Source: an uncultured Solirubrobacterales bacterium | GTDB lineage: Bacteria; Actinomycetota; Thermoleophilia; Solirubrobacterales; Solirubrobacteraceae | Assembly: GCA_963777335.1 (NCBI GenBank) | Contig: CAVZQD010000007.1 | Location: 118,670-182,669 of the forward strand | Direction of reading: 5' to 3' | DNA: 64,000 nucleotides | Part shown: piece after piece, positions 9,381-19,211 of the stretch | How the letters are laid out: each line of letters opens with the position of its first letter | How positions within the stretch are numbered: position 1 is the stretch's first letter | Position numbers and translations under genes: made by a program | Notes under the pieces: model-generated | The model's database searches: none | Told to the model about the DNA's origin: nothing | What the model saw: the letters and a program-made list of their open reading frames with translations, nothing else

Positions 9381-11109
9381 GCGGTGCCGCGGCCGGATCG
9401 CCTCGATCGCCGACCAGGGTCCGGTGTTGGCGACCTGCGCCGCGGTCAGCCAGGCGCGGCGCGCGGTGGCGATCCCGTAGCGCGCGACCTCGAACCCGCC
9501 CACGCGGTGCGCGTCGGAGTTGATCACGATCGGGACGCCGGCCGCGGCGGCCGCCCGCGCGTTGATGTCTGAGAGGTCGCGCCGATCGGGGTTCGAGTTG
9601 ATCTCGAGCATCGTGCCGGTGCGGGCGGCGGCGTCGAGCACGCGCTCCGAGATCGAACGAGTAGGGCGCCCGGCGGACGAGCTTGCGGCCCGACAGGTGG
9701 CCGATCGCGTCGACGAGCGGATGCTCGATCGCGCGCACGATCCGGTCGGTCATCACTTCTGCGGACATCCGGAACGAGGAGTGCACCGACGCGATGACCC
9801 AGTCGAGCTCGGCCAGCAGCTCGTCGGGGTAGTCGAGCGAGCCGTCGGGGAGGATGTTGACCTCGGATCCCGCGAGCAGCTCGATTCCATCGATCTCGGT
9901 CGCGCGGACCCGGGCGATCTGCTCGCGAAGCCGGTCGGGCGAGACCTCGTCGCCGAACCCGAAGCTCGCCGAGTGGTCGGTGATCGCGAGGTACTCGTAG
10001 CCGAAGTCGCGCGCGGCCAGCGCCATCTCCTCGATCGACGCGGTGCCGTCGGACGCCGTGGTGTGCGAGTGAAGGTCGCCCTTGAGTTCGCCGGCGTCGA
10101 TCAGCTTCGGGAGCGTGCCGACGGCGGCCGCCTCGAGCTCGCCGCGGTTCTCGCGGAGCTCCGGCTCGATGTACTCGAGTCCGAGCAGCGCATAGACCTC
10201 GTGCTCGGTCGCGCACCGGTGGGTCTCGCCGGTGGCGTCGTCGAGGACGCCGTACTCGGAAACGTGGAGGCCCTTGCGCACCGCGGCGTCGCGCAGCGCC
10301 ATGTTGTGCTGCTTGGAGCCGGTCAGGTGCTGAAGCAGGTTGCCGAACTGGTCGGGCTCGACGATCCTCAGGTCGATGGCGATCCCGGTGTGGGTGCGGA
10401 GCCGCACGCCGGCGGCGGCGGGCGTCCCCGCGGTTTCGACAAGGTCGAGCTCGGCCGCGGCGCGGGCCAGCGCCAGTGGGTCGGTGGCGGTGGCGATCAC
10501 GTCGAGGTCCTTGACGGTGTCGGTCATCCGGCGAGCCGACCCGGCCAGCTCGACGTGTTGCGACGCCGGGTGCTCGCGCAGCGCCGCGACCAGCGGTTCG
10601 CCGACGGCGAGCGCCCGGCTCAGCACGATCCGAGCCGGCTTCTCGCCGGCGCCCTCTAATCGGACCGAGGCGAGGATCGCCTCCTCAGCCTTGGGGCCAA
10701 AGCCCTTCAGCTTGCGGATCTGCTGGCTCTCGGCGGCCGTGCGCAGCGACTCAAGCGAGTCGATCCCGAGCTCGTCATACAGGCGCCGCGCGCGCTTGGG
10801 CCCGAGCCCCGGCAGGTGGGTCATCGCGATCAGGCCCGACGGGAACTTGGCGCGCAGCTTGACGGTGGCGGGAATTGCGCCGTCGTCGGCCAGCGCGATG
10901 ATCTTCTCCTGGATCGTTCCGCCGATGCCGGGAAGCTCGGTGGCGCGGCCCTGGCGCGCGAGGCCGAGTACCGAGACGGGCGATTCACGGACGGTCTTGG
11001 CCGCGTTCCGATAGGCGTTCGTGCGATAGATGGCGGCCCCGTCGAGCTCGGTCAGATCGCCCAGCTCGTCGAGCGCTTCCGCGATCTCGGTGTTCGTCGG
11101 ATCCGACAT
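9324..11109 (-). CDS. polX: DNA polymerase X / PHP exonuclease (frameshift near 9645)
   Basis: AGSARR, KDLD, TGSKQHN, PELRE; PHP motifs DLHSH and TDHS; EIN and SDAH continue in ORF 9324..9641. Confidence 0.9.
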
Positions 11110-11234
11110 CTACTCTGGGTAACGTAGCGGTGCCGCGGCGTCGCCGACATCCTAGACGGACGCCGAGCGTAGCGAGACCCATAAGCCGCTATACTTTTTG
11201 AAGTACCCGCGCACAGACACCCCAAGGAGCCCTC

Positions 11235-11565
11235 ATGGCAGGCACCGTCTCAGAAGTGACCGACAACAACTTCCAGGCCGAGGTCATCGAGTCCGATGTC
11301 CCGGTGCTGGTCGACTTCTGGGCTCCGTGGTGCGGGCCGTGCCGCATGGTCGCCCCCGTCGTCGAGGAGATCGCGCAGGAGCGCGCGGACGAGCTGAAGG
11401 TCGTCAAGCTCAACATCGACGAGAACCAGAACACGGCGATCCAGTTCAACGTGATGTCGATCCCGACGCTGATCCTGTTCCGCAACGGCCAGCCGGCGAA
11501 GACCGTGATCGGCGCGTACCCGAAGCGCAAGCTCGTCGCCGAGCTCGAGCCGGCGCTCCTCCTAG
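11235..11565 (+). CDS. trxA: Thioredoxin (probable indel near stop)
   Basis: [15 protein letters not shown]; AAGGAG RBS; TAG at 11563 is one base out of frame. Confidence 0.92.
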
Positions 11566-14500
11566 GTCGCCAGCGCCACTCCGACGCGCAGCTCGCGCCC
11601 ATCGATGTCGATCGGCGCCACCGACCCGTCCAACGACTCGTAGCTGACGGGACCGCGAGCGTCTCGCCGGCGATGTACGTTTCGTGCGTCCGGGCGGCGT
11701 CGAGTAGCGAGGCGTCGCCGTCGAGCGTCAGCAGGATGCGATCGGTCACCTCGAGTCCCGCATCCTGGCGCGCGCGCTGGATCGCCCGGACGATCTCGCG
11801 CGCCCAGCCTTCGACGAGCAGCTCCTGGTCGATCTCGAGCTCGAGCGCGACCGCGTGCGAGCCTTCGCGCTCAACCTGGTAACCCTCGAGCGGCTTCATC
11901 GACACCTGCAGGTCATCGGCGGTGAGCTCGTGATCCTTGCCGTCGACGCTGATCGCGACATGCCCCCCGTCGCGCACGGTGGCGGCGGCGTGTGCGGCGT
12001 CGAGGCCGGCCACCGCGGCCGCCACGATCGGCATGTGCTTGCCGAAGCGGGGACCGAGCGTGCGGTAGTTGGGCTTCAGCTCGATCTCGCCGAGCTCGTC
12101 GGCTTCGGAGACGAACCGGAGCTCCTTCACGTTGAGCTCCTCGCGGACGATCTCGGACAAGCGCTCGATCGCCTCGCGCTCGGACCCGGTCGCGACGACG
12201 ACCGCTGCGCGGAGCGGCCGGCGCACCGCGATCTTGGCCTGACCGCGGGCGGCCAGGCCGAGCCGGACGGTCTCGCGTGCGATCGCCATCGCGTGCTCGA
12301 GGTCGGAGGTCGCGAACGGCCGCGGTCGGGAACTCGCACAGGTGGACGCTCGGCTCGGAGCCGTCGAGGTTGTCGTAGATCTCATCGGCGACGAACGGGC
12401 AGAACGGCGCGACCAGCTTGGCCGTCGTCAGGAGGCAGGTGCGGAGCGTCGCGAACGCGGTCTCGATCACCGTCCCAGAAACGCGGGCGAGAGCGGCGGA
12501 CGTACCAGTTCGAGATCTCGTCGACGAACGACTGGATCGCGCGGCCGGCCGTCGGTGGCGTCGAAGTTGTCCATGCGCTCCCGGACGATCTCGATCGTCG
12601 CCTGCAGACGCGACATCGCCCAGCGGTCGAGCTCGGTCTCGGCGGCGGCGACGGGTCGCGGCTCGCGCCCGATCGCGTTGGCGTTGGCATACAGCACGTA
12701 GAAGGAGTACGTGTTCCAGAGCTGGAGGAGGAACTGCCGGAGCGCCTCGGCGATCGTGTCGAGCGAGGCGCGGTAGCCGTCCCATGGCTGCTTGGAGGTG
12801 AAGAAGTACCAGCGGACCGCGTCGGCGCCAAACCGGTCGAGCACGTCGCCCGGTTCGATCGTGTTGCCGAGCGACTTCGACATCTTGCGGCCCTGGTCGT
12901 CGAGGATCAGCCCGAGGCATACGACGTTCCGGTACGGGGAGCGGTCGAACAACAGCGTCGAGACCGCGATCAGCGAGTAGAACCAGCCGCGCGTCTGGTC
13001 GAGCGCCTCGCAGATGAAGTCCGCCGGGAAGTGCTCGTCGAACAGCTCCGTGCCCTCGTGCGGGGCGTGGTACTGGGCGAACGGCATCGAGCCCGAGTCG
13101 AACCACACGTCGATCACCTCGGGGACGCGCTTCATCGGCTCGCCGCAGCTTGTGGCACGGGAAGGTCGCTTCGTCGACGTACGGGCGGTGGGGGTCGGTG
13201 AGCTCGGTCCCGGCGAGGGCGTTGAGCTCGCCGAGCGACCCGATCGCGCGGGCATGTCCTGACTTGCAGCGCCACACCGGGAGCGGCGTGCCCCAGTAGC
13301 GCTCGCGCGACAGCGCCCAGTCGACGTTGTGCTCGAGCCAGTTGCCAAAGCGCCCGTGCTTGACGTGCTCGGGGGCCCAGTTGACGGTCTCGTTGGCGGC
13401 GAGCAGGCGGTCCTTGACCTGGCTGGTCGCGATGTACCAGGACGGCTTGGCGTAGTAGAGCAGCGGCGTGTTGCAGCGCCAGCAGTGCGGATAGGAGTGC
13501 TCGTACGGTTCGGATTTGAAGAGGCGGCCGCGGCCGCGGAGGTCTTCGACCAGGTCGGGGTCGGCGTCCTTGACGTTGCGGCCCGCGTACGGCCCGATCC
13601 GCTCGTCGTAGGTGCCGTCGAGCTGGACTGGGTTGATCACGTTCAGGCCGTACTGCTCGCCGAGGCGGAAGTCGTCCTCGCCGAACGCGATCGCGGTGTG
13701 GACGAGGCCGGTGCCGTCGTTGGCGGTGACGAAATCGCCGATCAGGACGGTGTGGCCGCGCGGTCCGTAGGCTGACGCGGGGATGAACGTGAACGGGGGG
13801 TCGTAAGCGACGTCCTCGAGTTGCTTGCCCGCGAAGCGGTTGAGGATCTCGGCGTCGTCTCCGAGGACGCGCTCCGTGAGTGCCTCGGCGAGGACGTAGA
13901 CCTGGTTCTCGTGCTTGGCCCGGACGTAGGTGAGGTCCGGGTCGGCCGCGACCGCGGCGTTGGAGACCAGCGTCCAGGGCGTGGTGGTCCAGACCAGCAG
14001 CTCATCGCCGCGCTGTACGGCGTCGTTGCCGTTGGTGACCGGGAGCCGCACGTACACCGACGGGTCGACCACGTCCTGATAGACGCCGGGCTGCCCGAGC
14101 TCGTGGCTCGAGAGCGTCACCTGGTCGCGCGGGCAGTACGGGACGACCTTGAGCTTCTCGTACAGCAGGCCCTTGTCGTGGATCGTCTTGAGCGCCCACC
14201 AGACCGATTCGACGTACTTGGGGTCGAGCGTGCGGTAGGCGTCGTCGAGGTCGATCCAGAACCCGATCCGCTCGGTCATCGCGTTCCAGTCCTCGACGTG
14301 GCTGAGGACCTTCTCGCGGCAGCGCGCGTTGAACTCGGCGATCCCGAACCGCTCGATGTCGTCCTTGGAGGTGAACCCGAGTTCGGCTTCGAGCGCCAGC
14401 TCTACCGGCAGCCCGTGGCAGTCCCAGCCGCCCTTGCGCTCGACGAAGTAGCCGCACATGGTCCGGTAGCGCGGGAAGATGTCCTTGAACACGCGCGAGA

Positions 14501-14687
14501 GCACATGGTGGAAGGCGGGCGGGCCGTTGGCGGTCGGGGGGCCCTCGTAGAAGCCCCACCGCGGAGCGTCGCGCCGGCGCCTGACCGACTCGGCAAACAC
14601 GTCCCGCTCGCGCCAGCGCCCGAGCACGCGCTTTTCGAGCTCGGCAAACGAGACGCGGGGGTCGACTGGGCGGTGCGCCATCGGCAT
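11562..14687 (-). CDS. ileS: Isoleucyl-tRNA synthetase, type 2 (several frameshifts)
   Basis: [52 protein letters not shown] spread over successive frames. Confidence 0.93.
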
Positions 14688-14741
14688 GGGCGCTCGATTC
14701 TAGGAAGCGGGCGCTCCTCCGCGCGGCCGCGCTGCGCGCCG

Positions 14742-15629
14742 CTAGCGGGCGCTTAGCGCTGAAAGCGGGCGGGCGGGCGTGGACGAGCGGCTCGGTGTGG
14801 CGTCTTCAAGCCGGGCGAGCAGCAGATCGCGCGCCGCCAGCGGCGTCTGGCCGAGCCGGCGGACGGTGCTCGCGCCGGTGTCCGGGACGGCGCCACGGAA
14901 GTCGAAAACCTGGACGCCGTGCGCGACCGAACGGACCGAGTAGACCAGCCGCCCGAGCGCGTCGAGCGTGATGCTGCGTCCGGCCAGCACGACGACGCTC
15001 GGCGCGAGCGCCGGCAGCGCACGGGCCAGCCGGGACGGCGTGATCGCGGTCGACAGCGACAGCGTGCGAAGACCGACCCGCCGCAACATCAGCTCGAGGG
15101 ACTGGGCATACAGGGCGTCGAGCTCGAGCGGCACGGAGGCATCGAGCACGAGCACGCCGGCCGTGCGCGTCGCGGGCGGGGACAGCCGCTTGAGCGCGGA
15201 CAGCCACGCGGTGGAGTAGCGCCATGCGAACTCGTACTCGGGGGTGTTCGCTCTTGCCGGCTCGTCGGCGAGAGCGGAGACCGCTTCGAGCAGCACCTCC
15301 TCGATCGTCCGCTCGACGGAGCGCAGCGCGAGGCTCTCCTCGAGCAGGCCGTTCGCCTTCTCCTCGTCGAACGCCGCGAACGCCGCGGCGAGGCGAGACC
15401 CCGATGACGGCCCCTCGCCTCGCTGCCGCGCAAGCGCGATCGCGCTCGAGACGTTGTGCGTTTCGGCGAGCGTGGCCCGCAGCGACTCGATCTCACCCAA
15501 GGCATACTGCCGGTGGCCACCGGGCGTCCGGCGGGGGCGGGGGAATCCGTAGCGGCGCTCCCAGCTGCGCAGGGTGTTGGGACTGACGCCGAGCATGACC
15601 GCCGCCGCGTTCGTGCGAATTCCGTTCAT
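14742..15629 (-). CDS. MerR-HTH regulator with degenerate CarH/LitR-like C-terminal domain (paralogue A)
   Basis: [29 protein letters not shown]; helical cap plus Rossmann-like domain without cobalamin-ligand His. Confidence 0.85.
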   Translation of the reverse strand: MNGIRTNAAAVMLGVSPNTLRSWERRYGFPRPRRTPGGHRQYALGEIESLRATLAETHNVSSAIALARQRGEGPSSGSRLAAAFAAFDEEKANGLLEESLALRSVERTIEEVLLEAVSALADEPARANTPEYEFAWRYSTAWLSALKRLSPPATRTAGVLVLDASVPLELDALYAQSLELMLRRVGLRTLSLSTAITPSRLARALPALAPSVVVLAGRSITLDALGRLVYSVRSVAHGVQVFDFRGAVPDTGASTVRRLGQTPLAARDLLLARLEDATPSRSSTPARPLSALSAR

Positions 15630-15710
15630 CGCTCGTCTGATTTATCGAGGTCTGGAGAGCGCACTGCAAGCGCCGCAATGAGACCTGCAGTCTTCTTGAT
15701 GCGTCGCGGG

Positions 15711-16220
15711 CTACTCGAGCACGACGAGGGCCGCCCGCGCAGGACCGCAGGCGGCGATGCGCGCGGTGAGCCGAATCCCGAAGGTGTTGGCCGGGCGAAC
15801 GACGGCGCGGCGTGTGCCCTCGTCGCCACGCGCGGCCCAAGCGACCGCGACCGACAGGCTCTCGGCGCCCTCATCCTCGGCCTCGGCGGGCATCAGCAGG
15901 TCCGAGATATGCCGGTTGACAACGTCCGGCTCGCTTGTGGCGAGCAGTTGCTCGGCGCCGCGCGACACCGCGCACACCGACAGCGCGCGGTCGAGCACGA
16001 GGAACGCGTCACCCGCCTGTGGCGCGGCGCCCTCGGCCGCCTCGATCAACAGGCCGAGGCCACACGAGCCGCAGACGCGCGAGGCGGGCATCTTGGACGA
16101 CGTGCCCGAGCCCGGCGGACGACTTCCGCAGTGGCTGCAGAACGTGACGCTCGGCGCCGCGGGCTCGAGGTCGGGCGCGACGACGAGGCGGAGGGCGGGG
16201 CGACCATTTCTGCTGACCAT
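15711..16220 (-). CDS. Zinc-ribbon + PAS-like protein
   Basis: CSHC..CGSC; DAFLVLD..VSRGAEQLL..VVNRHISDLL resembles the PAS core. Confidence 0.7.
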   Translation of the reverse strand: MVSRNGRPALRLVVAPDLEPAAPSVTFCSHCGSRPPGSGTSSKMPASRVCGSCGLGLLIEAAEGAAPQAGDAFLVLDRALSVCAVSRGAEQLLATSEPDVVNRHISDLLMPAEAEDEGAESLSVAVAWAARGDEGTRRAVVRPANTFGIRLTARIAACGPARAALVVLE

Positions 16221-16236
16221 CTAGCTCTCGACCCTT

Positions 16237-17145
16237 CTACTGAAAGCCCCGGACACTCCGTATCTGAGCGCGCGCTTCGGCCGCGGCGGCTGACGCCGAC
16301 GGGGTCGCTGCGACGTGATCGGACTCGAGGAGGTCCAGTAGTGCCCGTTGGGCGTCGCCGGCGCCGGCCGGTAGAACGGTCGTTCCGGTGCCCCGCGTCC
16401 GGGGGCGCTCGGCGCCGCGCCGGTAGATCGCGAGCGGCATCGCGCCGACCGCGAGCCGGATCGCGTACGCCCAGCGTGCGACCGTGTCGTCGTCGAGGTG
16501 GCCGCCGGCGACGACGACCAGGTTCGGCCGGTGCACATTTGCCGCGTCGCCGATCCCGGCCACGCCGCGGGCGGAAAGGCTCAGCACCTTGATCCCGGCC
16601 CGCACGCAGAACAGCTCGAGCGCGCGGATGTAGGGAGCGTCACGGTCGAGTTCGTCGCGCGACGCGTCTCCGACGACGATCGACACCGGGCGCACCGGCG
16701 GCGGCGTCAGCCGGATTGCACGCCTGAGCCAGTCGGTGGCCCAATGGGACGCGAACGCCCAGGCGGCCGATTCGACCGAGTAGCGGCGCGAGATCTCGTC
16801 GAGGGTGGGCAGCAGCACCTCCTCGACGGACCGTTCCACCGAGCGCAATGCCAGCGCCGCTTCGATAGCGGCGTCCGCGCGCTCGCGGTCGTATGATGCG
16901 AGCGCGCCGACCAATGAATTGGCGTCCGCCGCGAGCCCCTCACGCGCGCGGGATATCGCCGAGGAGATCGAGAGCCCCTCCTGGAGAGCGTCGCGCAGGG
17001 CCGCGACCTCGCCGTGTGTGAACAGCCGATGTTTACCCGGGGACCGCTGCGGTTTGGGGAACCCGAACCGTCGCTCCCAAGCCCGCAACGTGTTGGGGCT
17101 TACGTTCAGGAGCGCTGCGGCTTCGCTCGTCTTGAGATAGCGCAT
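16237..17145 (-). CDS. MerR-HTH regulator with degenerate CarH/LitR-like domain (paralogue B)
   Basis: NVSPNTLRAWERRFGFPKPQRSPGKHRLF; shares [13 protein letters not shown] with paralogue A. Confidence 0.85.
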   Translation of the reverse strand: MRYLKTSEAAALLNVSPNTLRAWERRFGFPKPQRSPGKHRLFTHGEVAALRDALQEGLSISSAISRAREGLAADANSLVGALASYDRERADAAIEAALALRSVERSVEEVLLPTLDEISRRYSVESAAWAFASHWATDWLRRAIRLTPPPVRPVSIVVGDASRDELDRDAPYIRALELFCVRAGIKVLSLSARGVAGIGDAANVHRPNLVVVAGGHLDDDTVARWAYAIRLAVGAMPLAIYRRGAERPRTRGTGTTVLPAGAGDAQRALLDLLESDHVAATPSASAAAAEARAQIRSVRGFQ

Positions 17146-17404
17146 GCGCAGTTAAAGGAACGTAGACGTTGCTATTTCGACCAACGCGTTGCCACCTTGA
17201 ATCCCCCCGCATAGAATTGCACAAGTTTTCGTCCAAACTACCCCCTAAACCTCCAGATTTGTTGGCCTCGGGTGGCACGCCCATAGCGCGCAACCACCCC
17301 CAGGCGTTCAGAAGGGAACCGTGCATCGGCATGTCGTTTCGCAGCGGGTGAGTCTCTAGAGAAAATCTTCCGGTAGCTCGGGTTTCGCGCTACCGTGACG
17401 TCTA

Positions 17405-18760
17405 ATGGTCGGCCAGGAGGACCGGCAGCGTGTTCGCGGCCGCCCGACGCAGCGTGCTCTGGCGTGCGTTGGAACCGGATTTCTCGTCGGCTGCGTTGCT
17501 GTGGTCTCGGTCGCGGCGACACCGGACCACGTCCTCGATCTCACTGTGATCCTTGGCGCGGCGGCGGTGGTCGCGGGCTTGATGGTGGCGGGTAATCGAG
17601 ACGGTCTCTCGGTCTCCGCCTCCTTCCTCGTCTACACGCTTGCAGCGGCTTTTCTCGGTCCACGATCCGCGGTGGCGGCTGCGTGCATTTCGGAGCTGAC
17701 GGCGGCGGTCAGGATGCACACGCGACCCCGGTCGGTGTTCTTCATCAATTTGCCCGCGAGCGTGCTGCCGGCGATCGTCGCGGCGCTCGTGATCGAGGCG
17801 ATCTCGAACGGGCCCGCGAACACGCTCAGCTTCTACCTCGCGGTAGGCGTCGCAGCGTTGCTGGCGATAACGGTGAGCTTCGTGATCTTTGCGACGCTTC
17901 GGCGTGTCGTCCTCCCGGGGCTGCATCAGTTCGGCTCGCGGGAGTTTCTCGAACACATTCCCAATGCGGCGCTCAACGTCGGGCTGGTGGTGGCCGGCGC
18001 GGCAATCACGGTGAAGCTCGGTAGTGCCGGCATCGCGTTTGCGCTGTCCGCTGTATTCACGTTCTCGTACATGGCCCACCTCCTCGACCAGTCCCGCCAG
18101 CGGGCTGAGCAATACGTCTCCTTGTCCTGGGGCGTACTCGCGGGGTTGCTGCGCGCGCTCGACATTCGCGACCAGCGCGCCGCCCGGCACGCGGCGGCCG
18201 TGGCGCGGTTCGCCAGCGACATGGCCCAGTCGGTCGGGATGAGCGAGAGGGACCAGGAGCTTGCCCATACCGCTGGGTTGCTCCACGACATCGGCCATTT
18301 CGCGCTGTCGGACCGGGTCGCAGAGAAGGAGCGCACGCTCACCGACGAAGACTGGATGGCGATCCAGCAGCATCCGGAACTCGGGGCCGACATGCTCCGC
18401 GACCTTGGCATCTACGGGCCAATTGCCGAGATCGTGCTGACGCACCACGAGCGGATCGACGGGCGCGGATATCCGAACGGGCTCCCGGGCGAGGAAGTAC
18501 CCGAGATCGCGAAGATCATCGCGGTCGCCGAGGTGTACGACACGCTCACCGCTGCCGACACCTATCGAACCCGGATGAGCTCGTTCGAGGCGCTGCGGGA
18601 GTTGCGTCGCGTCGCCGGCACGCAGCTCGAGGCGGAGTACGTCGAGGTGCTGGCGGGCTTGTTGAGCGGGGAGGGCGTCGAGTACCGGCATGCGGACGCG
18701 GCGAGCTTCGACTCCGAGCTCGACATGGAGCGGCGGATCAAACAGGCCCGCGCGGGCTGA
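17405..18760 (+). CDS. Multi-TM HD-GYP domain protein (degenerate motifs)
   Basis: About 7 TM N-terminus; LLHDIG, HHERIDGRGYP. Confidence 0.88.
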   Translation: MVGQEDRQRVRGRPTQRALACVGTGFLVGCVAVVSVAATPDHVLDLTVILGAAAVVAGLMVAGNRDGLSVSASFLVYTLAAAFLGPRSAVAAACISELTAAVRMHTRPRSVFFINLPASVLPAIVAALVIEAISNGPANTLSFYLAVGVAALLAITVSFVIFATLRRVVLPGLHQFGSREFLEHIPNAALNVGLVVAGAAITVKLGSAGIAFALSAVFTFSYMAHLLDQSRQRAEQYVSLSWGVLAGLLRALDIRDQRAARHAAAVARFASDMAQSVGMSERDQELAHTAGLLHDIGHFALSDRVAEKERTLTDEDWMAIQQHPELGADMLRDLGIYGPIAEIVLTHHERIDGRGYPNGLPGEEVPEIAKIIAVAEVYDTLTAADTYRTRMSSFEALRELRRVAGTQLEAEYVEVLAGLLSGEGVEYRHADAASFDSELDMERRIKQARAG

Positions 18761-18845
18761 CGCTCGCCGGCGCCCCGAAGAAACCCCGCGGTCGCCGCGC
18801 CGGTGCAGCCGAGCCGGCGCGCGACGCGGCGATAAGGTCACTCAG

Positions 18846-19076
18846 CTAGCTGACTAGCCGTTCCTGTTGCTGGCTCTGACCAGCGCGGCGCTGCTGGAGC
18901 GTCTCCAGGAACTGCTCGATCTGCTCAACGCTGAACCGACGCTGCCCTCCGGGCGTCCGGTACGACTCGAGGTAGCCCATGTCGGCCCACCTGCGAATCG
19001 TGCCAAGTGAGACCCCGAGCGCGTTGGCGGCTTGCGAAGTGGACAAACCGAGCGGACTGTTCCTCATTTGGTCCAT
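18846..19076 (-). CDS. BldC/Xis-like stand-alone winged-HTH protein
   Basis: LSTSQAANALGVSLGTIRRWADMGYLESYRTPGGQRRF, 76 aa. Confidence 0.85.
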   Translation of the reverse strand: MDQMRNSPLGLSTSQAANALGVSLGTIRRWADMGYLESYRTPGGQRRFSVEQIEQFLETLQQRRAGQSQQQERLVS

Positions 19077-19080
19077 ACCT

Positions 19081-19140
19081 GCATTTCAAACGCATTTGGG
19101 AAGATTGCCGCAGGTTTTGCAGCAATTGCACAACCTTTGC
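19081..19140. promoter_or_regulatory. Divergent promoter region with phased TTGC/T-tract repeats and imperfect palindrome
   Basis: AGGTTTTGCA-GCAAT-TGCACAACCT at 19112-19136; TTGC at 19105, 19117, 19126, 19137. Confidence 0.55.
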
Positions 19141-19211
19141 CTCGAACCGAGCGGAAAGCAGTCTGTCTGTCCAGAGGGGTTGCGGCTGCGACGATGTGCC
19201 CCAACCGGCAC

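Noticed and set aside
11235-11882. Thioredoxin with a 100-aa C-terminal extension
   Set aside because: The extension is antisense to the ileS 3' end; removing one base restores a stop at 11563-11565.
14688-14741. T-box riboswitch upstream of ileS
   Set aside because: Only 54 bp intergenic and no T-box motif seen.
17146-17404. c-di-GMP or cobalamin riboswitch
   Set aside because: No recognisable conserved core by eye; an Rfam scan would be needed.
18846-19076. Excisionase marking a prophage or ICE
   Set aside because: No integrase, tRNA attachment site or phage genes in the window.
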